A stretch of 64,000 nt of DNA from Sedimentisphaerales bacterium (lineage in GTDB: Bacteria; Planctomycetota; Phycisphaerae; Sedimentisphaerales; Anaerobacaceae). The notes under the pieces were generated by a model. It did no database searches and had not been told where the DNA came from. It worked only from the letters and a program-made list of their open reading frames with translations. Where the stretch lies: assembly GCA_963708075.1 (NCBI GenBank), contig OY970194.1, positions 3,776,001 to 3,840,000 on the forward strand, written 5' to 3'. This document shows, one piece after another, positions 10,433-18,464 of this stretch (the stretch's first letter is position 1; each line of letters opens with the position of its first letter). A program made the translations under genes and the position numbers.

Positions 10433-12215
10433 ATGCCTGAACTGACGAAAGAGAAGAAAGAGAACCCGAACCACCGCAAAGAAACTCACCGGCCTTGAGA
10501 AATGCCCGACCGGCATCCAGGGGCTGGATGAGATCACCGGCGGCGGCCTGCCGCGAGGGCGACCCACGCTCATCTGCGGCGGAGCCGGAAGCGGTAAGAC
10601 GCTCATGGCCATGGAATTCATCGTCCGAGGCGTTCGTGATTATGGCGAACCGGGCGTGTTCATGGCCTTTGAGGAGACCGCCGGCGACCTGACCAAGAAC
10701 GTCGCCTCCCTCGGCTACGATCTTGAGGAGATGACCCGCCGTAAGCAGCTTGCGATCGATTACGTGTACATCGAGCGAAGCGAGATCGAAGAGACCGGTG
10801 AATACGATCTCGAAGGATTGTTCGTCCGCCTGGACACCATGATCAAAGAGGTGGGCGCCAAGCGCGTCGCCATCGATACGCTCGAGGCGCTTTTTGCCAG
10901 TCTGCCCAACGAAGGGATCCTGCGGGCGGAGTTGCGCCGGCTCTTCCGCTGGCTCAAAGACAGGAAAGTCACCGCCATCATCACAGCCGAACAGGGCAAA
11001 GACACGCTGACCCGTCACGGCCTGGAGGAATACGTCAGCGACTGTGTGATCTTCCTGGACCACCGTGTAACGAACCAGATCGCCACGCGGCGGCTGCGAG
11101 TGATCAAATACCGCGGGTCATCTCACGGGACCAACGAATACCCGACCATGATCGACGAGAGCGGCCTGAGCGTCCTGCCCATCAGCTCGCTGGGCATGGA
11201 CTACGGCGTCAGCTCTGAGCGTATCTCCACCGGGATCCACGGACTGGATGAGATGTTCGGCGGCAAAGGCTACTTCCGGGGCAGCAGCGTCCTGGTTTCG
11301 GGCAGTGCGGGCACGGGCAAGACGAGCCTGGCCGCCGCCTTTGTCGGTGCCGCCTGCCGCCGGGGCGAACGCGCCCTCTATCTGGCCTACGAGGAGGCCC
11401 CGGCGCAAATCATGCGCAATATGCGATCGATCGGCTACGACCTGGAACAGTGGGTTCGCAAGGATTTGCTGCGCTTCCACGCCGTGCGGTCCACGCTCTA
11501 CGGCCTGGAGCAGCACCTGGTGACCATCCACAAACAAGTGACCGAGTTCAAGCCTTCCGTCGTCGTCATCGATCCGATCACCAACCTCATGACGATCGGC
11601 GAAGCCGGGGATATCAAGTCCATGCTGACGCGGGTGATCGACTTTCTCAAGAGCAGGGGCGCCACAGCCCTGTTCACCAGCCTCACCGAGAGCAGTGTCT
11701 CGATTGAATCGAGCGAGGTGGGCGTCTCGTCGTTGATGGACACCTGGCTGCTGCTGAGGAATATGGAGATGGGCGCGGAGCGCAACCGCCTGCTGTTCAT
11801 CCTCAAGAGCCGCGGCATGGCGCACTCCAATCAGGTCCGCGAGTTCCTCCTGACGGATAATGGCATCCATCTCAAGGATGTCTATGTCGGCTTGGGCACG
11901 GTACTGACCGGTTCAGCGCGGATGGCGCAGGAGGCGAGGGATAAAATCCAGACCATCGGCGAGCAGCAGACGGTCGCCCGCCGGCGACGGGAGCTGGAGC
12001 AGGAGCAGGCGGTGGCCAGGGCACAGTTGGAGGCGACGCAGCTCAAGAGCGTCGCTCTGGATGAAGAGTTGAAAGCGATTGCGAGTGATGAACAGGCCCG
12101 GCTTGCCACAGCCGCACGCGAGCAGGCAGAATTGGCCCGCGCGCGAGCCGGGAACGTAAACAATATAGAGATGACGAAAAAAGGGAGAAATCGCAATGCC
12201 AACCAGACAAAGTAA
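10433..12215 (+). CDS. kaiC: Circadian clock protein KaiC (KaiC2-like), apparent frameshift near 10449
   Basis: Tandem RecA-like ATPase domains with GGAGSGKT (upstream of 10605, in frame) and GSAGTGKT, catalytic EE pairs, KYRGS/KSRG and phosphosite region GVSSLMDT. The ATG at 10433 has an RBS but is one base out of frame. Confidence 0.9.
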
Positions 12216-12549
12216 AGTGAAAGCCCCCCGGCGCGGTTCGAGAGCATCCAAGCCACTCGAGTCCTCCGAGCCGTCGGAGCGGTGGGACCTGCGGCTGTAC
12301 GTGGCGGGCCAGACGCCGCGTGCGATCGCGGCATTGGAGAATCTCAAGAGAATCTGCGAAGTGCATCTCGCCGGGCAGTATACCATTGAAGTCGTTGACT
12401 TGCTGAAGAACCCGCAGTTGGCGCGCGGTGACCAGATTCTGGCCGTGCCCACCTTGGTCCGCAAGTTGCCGGAGCCGGTTCGAAAGATTATTGGGGACCT
12501 CTCAAATGAGGAACGCGTCCTTGTGGGCCTGGACCTTCGCCCGCGATAA
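12196..12549 (+). CDS. kaiB: Circadian clock protein KaiB (copy 1)
   Basis: [10 protein letters not shown]...[38 protein letters not shown]. Overlaps the end of kaiC. Confidence 0.95.
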   Translation: MPTRQSKVKAPRRGSRASKPLESSEPSERWDLRLYVAGQTPRAIAALENLKRICEVHLAGQYTIEVVDLLKNPQLARGDQILAVPTLVRKLPEPVRKIIGDLSNEERVLVGLDLRPR

Positions 12550-12561
12550 CTGGAGTAATAC

Positions 12562-13044
12562 ATGGCTAAGAAACATACCGAATCTGCGAAAGAGGCCATC
12601 GAGAAGGCAGCGGAAAAGGCCAAGAAGCAAAAATACGTGCTGCGGCTGTATGTGGCGGGCATCACGCCGCGATCGCGGGAAGCGATCCGCACGGTGACCG
12701 CCATCTGCGAGGAGCATCTGCAGGGCCGATATGATCTCGAAGTGATCGATATTTATCAGCAGCCGACGCTGGCCAAAGGCGAGCAGATCGTCGCCGCTCC
12801 GACCCTGATCAAGAAGCTGCCCGTGCCGCTGCGCAAATTTATCGGCAGTATGGCCGACAAGGAAAAGCTCCTCGTCGGCCTGGACCTGAGAACCGAAGGA
12901 GGAATAACCACGGAACCAAATATACCTCCTCATGTCACCCCCGCGCAGGCGGGGGTCCAGGATGCTTTGGTGCACAAGTGGATTCCCGCCTTCGCGGGAA
13001 TGACATGGGGTGGCTGTCGAGCGCGTTCTCACGTGCATCGGTAG
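12562..13044 (+). CDS. kaiB: Circadian clock protein KaiB (copy 2); true stop probably TAA 12905-12907
   Basis: YVLRLYVAGITPRS...LEVIDIYQQPTLA..EQIVAAPTLIKKLPVPLRKFIG. The tail runs through a palindromic repeat, and removing one A at ~12890 gives LRPKEE-stop. Confidence 0.9.
   Translation: MAKKHTESAKEAIEKAAEKAKKQKYVLRLYVAGITPRSREAIRTVTAICEEHLQGRYDLEVIDIYQQPTLAKGEQIVAAPTLIKKLPVPLRKFIGSMADKEKLLVGLDLRTEGGITTEPNIPPHVTPAQAGVQDALVHKWIPAFAGMTWGGCRARSHVHR
12931..13007. repeat. Paired palindromic REP-like element (TGTCAYYCCCGC-N-GCGGGRRTCCA type)
   Basis: tgtcacccccgcgcaggcgggggtcca and its inverted partner tggattcccgccttcgcgggaatgaca. Confidence 0.85.
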
Positions 13045-13060
13045 CACCGAAGGTTGAGTC

Positions 13061-16000
13061 ATGAGTAGTGAGAGCAAAGACCATCGCACCAAGGCGCAAC
13101 TGCTGGAGGAGGTCGAGACTCTGCGCCGGCGGCTGGAGGAGGCGGAGCAGACGATCGAGGCGATCCGCCAAGGCGACGTCGATGCACTCGTGGTGGCCGG
13201 TCCGCGCGGCGAGCAGGTCTTCTCCATTACTGGCGCTGAGCACATCTATCGCGTGATCGTCGAGACGATGAACGAGGCGGCCGTGACGGTGGACCCGGAT
13301 GGGACGGTGCTTTTCTGTAATCAGCGGTTCTGCGACCTGATGAAGATGCCGATCCATGAGGTGATCGGCCGAAAGGTGACGGACTTTGCGGCCCGCCCCC
13401 AGCGGCCGTCCTTGCAGGCGATGCTGAGAGATGGGCAGATCGGAGCCATCCAGCGGCGCGTGACGTTGCGGGCGACCGACGGCACGGCCGTGCCCGTCCA
13501 GATTTCCGCCAATCCCCTGCAGATCGACGGTGCCACCAGCATCTGCCTTGTGGCCTCGGACCTGACTGAGCTGGAAGCCTCCGCCAACTCGATCCGTGTC
13601 CTGCGCGAGCACCAGCAGGCCCTGGAGGAGAGCGAGTCGCGTTTCCGGATGATCTTCGAGTCCAGCCAGGACGCCATCGCGATCGCCAATGACGAGGGAA
13701 TCTGCGTGCAGGCCAATCCGGCCGTGCAAGCGATCTTTGGCCTTCCACCGGAACAACTCGTCGGCCGGCGAATCTCAGACGTCATGGACCAGACCCCCGA
13801 TTTCTCGACCCTCTGGCAGACCTTCCTGACCACAGGCACTTTCCACGGGGAACTGCCGTTGACCGGCGCCGATGGACAGACACACTACATCGAAGCGAGT
13901 GCCGTCGCCAACATCCTGCCGGGCCGGCACTTGGCGGTTATCCGCGACACCACCGAGCGCAAACAAGCCCAGGAAGCCCTGCAGTCGGCAAATACGCAAC
14001 TCCAGATCCAGACAGAAGAACTGAAAGCCCAAACCGAAGAGCTGCAGATCGCCAACGAAGAGCTTGGTGCACGAGAGGAGGAGCTGCGGGCCGCTAATGA
14101 GGCCCTGCGCAAAAGCGAGGAGCGCTACCATCGCCTTTTCGAGGACGACCTGACCGGGAATGTCATCAGCACACCCGAGGGGAAGATTCTGCTGTGCAAT
14201 CCGGCGTTCGCCCGGATCTTCGGATTCTCCTCGGCCGACGAAGCTGTTGGCACAAACATCCTGGAACTGTACGTCGATCCGACAGAACGAGAACCGCTCT
14301 TGGAGAGACTGAGGCAACAACGGAAGACCGAGCGTCTTGAGGTCTGGCGGAGACGCCGTGATGGCGAGCCTGTCTACATAGTGGAGAACCTCGTCGGCCA
14401 TTTCAACGAGCGTGGCGAGTTGTACGAGATCAAAGGCTATATCTTCGACGACACCGAGCGCAAGCGGGCGGAGGAGGCGCTCCGGGAGAGCCGGGAACGG
14501 CTGGAGCGGGCGCAAGAGATCGCGCATTTGGGCAGTTGGGAACTGGACCTCGTCAGCAATCGGTTGACCTGGTCCGACGAGGTGTACCGGATCTTCGGCT
14601 TGCAGCCGCAGGAATTCGGCGCAACCTACGAGGCATTTCTCGACCACGTGCACCCGGAGGACCGCGCGGCCGTGGATGCCGCATATTCCGGCTCGCTGCG
14701 AGAGGGACGGGATACCTATGAGATCGAGCATCGCATTGTCAGAAGGTCCACCGGCGAGGTCCGCATCGTCCATGAGAAATGCGAGCACGTCCGCGATGCG
14801 TCCGGCCGGGGCATCCGTTCCGTCGGCATGGTTCACGACATCACTGAGCGCAAGCAGGCGGAAGAGGCACTGCGGATGAGCGAGGAGAAATTCCGCACCT
14901 TGCACGCCCTGTCCCCCATTGCCATCGTACTGAACAGGCTCGACAATGGGCAATTCCTGGAATCCAACCAGGCGCTGTGGGGCATGACCGGTTACACCGA
15001 AGAAGAATTCCGGTCGCTGACTTACTGGGACATTACGCCGATCGACTACAAGGAAATGGAAGCGAAGCAGTTGGAATTGCTTCACACCGTCGGGAGGTAC
15101 GGCCCCTATGAAAAGGAGTATATTCGAAAGGATGGCAGCCGTTTTCCCGTGCTCTTGAGCGGCGTTCGCATCAAAGATCCCAGCGGGACGGATCTGATCT
15201 ACTCCGTCATCCAGGATATTACCGAACTCAAAGCAAAAGAACAGGCCCTGCGAGAATTGAACGCTACGCTGGAGGCGAAGGTGGCGCAGCGAACCGCCGA
15301 ACTGCAGTATCGGGCCAGGCAACTCCAGAAGCTGGCGCTGGAACTGTCGCAGGCAGAGGACCTCGAGCGTAAGCGCATTGCGGAAATCCTGCACGACGAC
15401 CTGCAGCAGATCCTGGCGGCGGCGAAGTTCCATCTGAACTCGTTGCGGAGCCGGGCCAGGTACGATCCATCGATACAGGCCACTGCGGCGCAGATCGACC
15501 ACATGCTCAAAGACGCGATCGACAAATCGCGGGCGCTGTCCCACGAGCTCAGTCCGGCCGTGCTCCATCATGGCGATTTTCGCGATACCCTCGGATGGCT
15601 GGCCGGCCAGATCCAGACCAAGCATGGCCTGATCGTCCGCGTCGATGCCTTCAGCAGAGCCGATGTGCAGTCCGATGCGCTGCGGGCCTTCCTGTACAAG
15701 GCGGCCCAGGAGCTGCTGTTCAATGTGGTCAAGCACGCAAGGGTCAACGAGGCGAGGATTCGCATTCGCCGGTGGGGCCAGTGCATCTGCCTGTCCGTAT
15801 CCGACCGTGGCCGCGGGTTCGACCCGCAGGATCTCAAGGCGACCACGGGATTCGGGCTGTTCAGCATCCGCGAGCGCGTCGAGCTGCTTGGCGGACGGAT
15901 GAAGATCAAGAGCAGCAAGGGCCATGGAAGCACGTTCCATATCGTCGTACCGGACGGCGAACTCATCAAAAAGGCTGCCACCGTCGAGCCGGCCGACCTT

Positions 16001-16408
16001 GCGAAGGAAACGAAGCCTGCCCAAGGCGAAGGGCAGCGCCGCCTGCGCGTGTTGATCGCGGACGATCATGAGATCGTGCGGGAGGGCCTGATCTCGCTGC
16101 TCAGCGATGAACACAGCATCCAGGTGGTCGGGGAGGCTGCCAATGGCCGCGAGGCGGTGGATCTGTCCGACCAGCTCCGGCCGGACGTAGTAATCATGGA
16201 TGTGGCCATGCCCCTGATCGACGGCGATGAGGCCACCCGGCAGATCAAGAGGCATATGCCGGACACGCGGGTGATTGCGTTGTCCATGTACGAGGAACAC
16301 GAAAACGTGGAAAAGATGCTCGCGGCCGGGGCCGAGGCCTACATCCTCAAAACCGCACCGGCCGAGGAACTGCTCGCCGTCATCCGAGGCACGACACCGG
16401 GTGGATAG
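13061..16408 (+). CDS. Cytoplasmic multi-PAS hybrid sensor histidine kinase (NarX/HisKA_3 type) with C-terminal receiver
   Basis: About five PAS repeats ending in D(I/T)TE(R)K-like motifs; H-box ERKRIAEILHDDLQQ; ELLFNVVKHA, DRGRGFD, GFGLFSIRER; receiver LIADDH..DVVIMD..YILK. No TM segment evident. Confidence 0.92.
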   Translation: MSSESKDHRTKAQLLEEVETLRRRLEEAEQTIEAIRQGDVDALVVAGPRGEQVFSITGAEHIYRVIVETMNEAAVTVDPDGTVLFCNQRFCDLMKMPIHEVIGRKVTDFAARPQRPSLQAMLRDGQIGAIQRRVTLRATDGTAVPVQISANPLQIDGATSICLVASDLTELEASANSIRVLREHQQALEESESRFRMIFESSQDAIAIANDEGICVQANPAVQAIFGLPPEQLVGRRISDVMDQTPDFSTLWQTFLTTGTFHGELPLTGADGQTHYIEASAVANILPGRHLAVIRDTTERKQAQEALQSANTQLQIQTEELKAQTEELQIANEELGAREEELRAANEALRKSEERYHRLFEDDLTGNVISTPEGKILLCNPAFARIFGFSSADEAVGTNILELYVDPTEREPLLERLRQQRKTERLEVWRRRRDGEPVYIVENLVGHFNERGELYEIKGYIFDDTERKRAEEALRESRERLERAQEIAHLGSWELDLVSNRLTWSDEVYRIFGLQPQEFGATYEAFLDHVHPEDRAAVDAAYSGSLREGRDTYEIEHRIVRRSTGEVRIVHEKCEHVRDASGRGIRSVGMVHDITERKQAEEALRMSEEKFRTLHALSPIAIVLNRLDNGQFLESNQALWGMTGYTEEEFRSLTYWDITPIDYKEMEAKQLELLHTVGRYGPYEKEYIRKDGSRFPVLLSGVRIKDPSGTDLIYSVIQDITELKAKEQALRELNATLEAKVAQRTAELQYRARQLQKLALELSQAEDLERKRIAEILHDDLQQILAAAKFHLNSLRSRARYDPSIQATAAQIDHMLKDAIDKSRALSHELSPAVLHHGDFRDTLGWLAGQIQTKHGLIVRVDAFSRADVQSDALRAFLYKAAQELLFNVVKHARVNEARIRIRRWGQCICLSVSDRGRGFDPQDLKATTGFGLFSIRERVELLGGRMKIKSSKGHGSTFHIVVPDGELIKKAATVEPADLAKETKPAQGEGQRRLRVLIADDHEIVREGLISLLSDEHSIQVVGEAANGREAVDLSDQLRPDVVIMDVAMPLIDGDEATRQIKRHMPDTRVIALSMYEEHENVEKMLAAGAEAYILKTAPAEELLAVIRGTTPGG

Positions 16409-16414
16409 GAAATC

Positions 16415-16436
16415 GGTAGGGCAAGCCCCACCCTAC
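16415..16436. repeat. GTAG-type REP palindrome (family B) between convergent genes
   Basis: ggtagggcaagccccaccctac; matches the pair at 32363-32429. Confidence 0.7.
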
Positions 16437-16870
16437 TCGCCCTGCTCATGACTCTCGGACACGGTAGCCTCGACCTCCACGCCGGGACTGACGTAAATCG
16501 CACCTTCAGCCACGGTTCGAATGGCCTCCAGCAACTCATCGTAGTCGGAGTCTTTGAGCATATAGCCGCGTGCGCCGGCTTTGAACATCTCCGCCACGTA
16601 TTGCTTGTGCTTGTGCATTGAAAGCGCGATGACCTTCATCTCAGGCCACCGGCTGCAAATCCACCGTGTGGCCTCCAGCCCGCTGAGCACCGGCGGCATG
16701 CTGACATCCATAATGATGATATCCGGGTGGAGCTTCTCGACGAGTTCCATGGCTGTAACGCCGTCCTTGGCCTCGCCTACTACTTCCATACCTTCCTGGG
16801 TCCTCAGGAATCTGCTGAGGGCCTCACGAATCAGCTTATGATCATCTGCGAGAAGAATCCGTATAGCCAT
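16433..16870 (-). CDS. NarL-like receiver-only response regulator
   Basis: MAIRILLADDH..DIIIMD..ALSMH..GYMLK. Ends shortly after YVSP with no LuxR HTH. Confidence 0.9.
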   Translation of the reverse strand: MAIRILLADDHKLIREALSRFLRTQEGMEVVGEAKDGVTAMELVEKLHPDIIIMDVSMPPVLSGLEATRWICSRWPEMKVIALSMHKHKQYVAEMFKAGARGYMLKDSDYDELLEAIRTVAEGAIYVSPGVEVEATVSESHEQGE

Positions 16871-16890
16871 GCAACTTTTCCTCGGCACCT

Positions 16891-16986
16891 GTTGTTATAG
16901 TTGTTGGTTGCTCGTTGTTGGTTGTCAGTTGGCGTCGCACGAGCAAATAGCCACCAACAACCATCAACCGGCAACCATTAACTATA
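16891..16986. repeat. Inverted pair of tandem 7-mer arrays (TTGTTGG-like / CAACCAT-like)
   Basis: ttgttgg ttgctcg ttgttgg ttgtcag ... caaccat caaccgg caaccat. Confidence 0.7.
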
Positions 16987-17054
16987 CGACGTAGCCCGCA
17001 AAATGGCAGCATGGGTATATGCTGATTTCTCGTTTTTCTTGAAGAGGCGGGTTT

Positions 17055-17081
17055 CTACGGGCGGGTTTGAAACCCGCCCCC
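17055..17081. repeat. GTAG-type REP palindrome (family A)
   Basis: ctacgggcgggtttgaaacccgccccc just after the MFS stop codon. Confidence 0.8.
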
Positions 17082-17086
17082 TGCCG

Positions 17087-18460
17087 TCAGCCGGCGCTGA
17101 GCTGCGTCTGCAACTGCTCCAGGGAAACACCCTTCGTTTCGGGCAGGTATTTGAGGACCAGGAAGAACTGCAGAACCATCATGACGGCGAAGATGGAGAA
17201 GGCCAGCGCGCCCGAATGGCGGGCGAGGACCGGGAATGTCCAGCTTACGACAATGCAGAGGCTCCAGATGAGGAAGCAGGTTGCGGCCGAGCCGGAGGCG
17301 CGAATGGCGTTGGGAAGCAGCTCGTTGATGTACACCCACACGATTGCGCCCTGGGAATACGCGTGCGATCCGACGATGCCCATCATGGCCGCAATCACGA
17401 TCCAGCCTTGCGTGTGCGTGTAGAACACCCACGCCGCCAAGACATGCGAGATGACAAATGTCACCGAGCCGACCAGCAGAAGGAACTTGCGTCCGAGGCG
17501 GTCGATCACGGCCATGGCCACGATCGTCATCACCAGGTTGGTCAGACCGACGATCACCGACTGCATCAGGGCGCTGGTCTTGTCCGCTCCGGCCATGCGG
17601 AAGATGTCGGCGGTGTAGTAGATCACCGCGTTGATGCCGTCGAGCTGATTGAATGCCCCGACCATGAACACGATCAACAAGGGCTTGAGGTACTTGCGCT
17701 GGAGCAGGTCGCGATACGCGCCGGCGGGCTCGGAGGTGAGCGACTGCTCGATCTCATCAGCCTCCCGCAGAGGATTCTCGTGGCCGAACCGAGTCAGCAC
17801 GGTCTCGGCCTCAGCGCGTCTTCCTCTCTTGACCAACCAGCGAGGGCTCTCCGGAATCACCATGGAAGCGATGAAGAACGCCACGCAGGGAATTGCCTCC
17901 AGGCCGAACATCCATCGCCAGCCGGCAGGATGCTCCGCGCCCAGGAAATAGGACACGAGGTAATTGGAGAAATAGGCCATCAGGATGCCTACCACGATGT
18001 TCAATTGACTCACCGCCACCAGCAGGCCACGACGACGAGCCGGCGCAATCTCCGTGATATACACGGGCGAAACGACGGATGTCCCCCCTACCGCCACACC
18101 ACCGATCCAGCGGAAGAACAGCAGCGAATACCAGTCCCACGCAAAAGCGCAGCCCACGGCGGACACGAAGAACAAGACCGCCAGGACGGTAAGCACCGGT
18201 CGCCGGCCCCACCAGTCGGAGGGCCGACCCACCAGCAGAGCGCCGAACAATGTCCCGAACAGCGCACTGGAAACCGTGAAGCCCAGGAGATTATCACTGA
18301 GCGAATAGACTCCCCGCAGAGCCTCTGTCGTGCCGGAGATCACCGCGGTATCGAACCCGAACAGAAACGACCCTAATGCCGCGGCAATCGCGCTGGTCAA
18401 AAGCACCGTGCCGCCACGGCCTTCCGCCGCCCGGCTTTGACTGATGGGATATGTATCCAT
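17087..18460 (-). CDS. MFS sugar porter (XylE/AraE-like)
   Basis: Motifs FLFGFDTAVISG, GRR, PESPRWL, DRLGRK and PETKG. Confidence 0.93.
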   Translation of the reverse strand: MDTYPISQSRAAEGRGGTVLLTSAIAAALGSFLFGFDTAVISGTTEALRGVYSLSDNLLGFTVSSALFGTLFGALLVGRPSDWWGRRPVLTVLAVLFFVSAVGCAFAWDWYSLLFFRWIGGVAVGGTSVVSPVYITEIAPARRRGLLVAVSQLNIVVGILMAYFSNYLVSYFLGAEHPAGWRWMFGLEAIPCVAFFIASMVIPESPRWLVKRGRRAEAETVLTRFGHENPLREADEIEQSLTSEPAGAYRDLLQRKYLKPLLIVFMVGAFNQLDGINAVIYYTADIFRMAGADKTSALMQSVIVGLTNLVMTIVAMAVIDRLGRKFLLLVGSVTFVISHVLAAWVFYTHTQGWIVIAAMMGIVGSHAYSQGAIVWVYINELLPNAIRASGSAATCFLIWSLCIVVSWTFPVLARHSGALAFSIFAVMMVLQFFLVLKYLPETKGVSLEQLQTQLSAG

Positions 18461-18464
18461 GCTT

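Noticed and set aside
13775..16300. Long antisense ORFs (this 841-aa ORF, also 32729..34705, 58248..60335, 17003..18376 and 42891..44324)
   Set aside because: They are typical high-GC shadow frames opposite well-supported genes and have no recognisable motifs.
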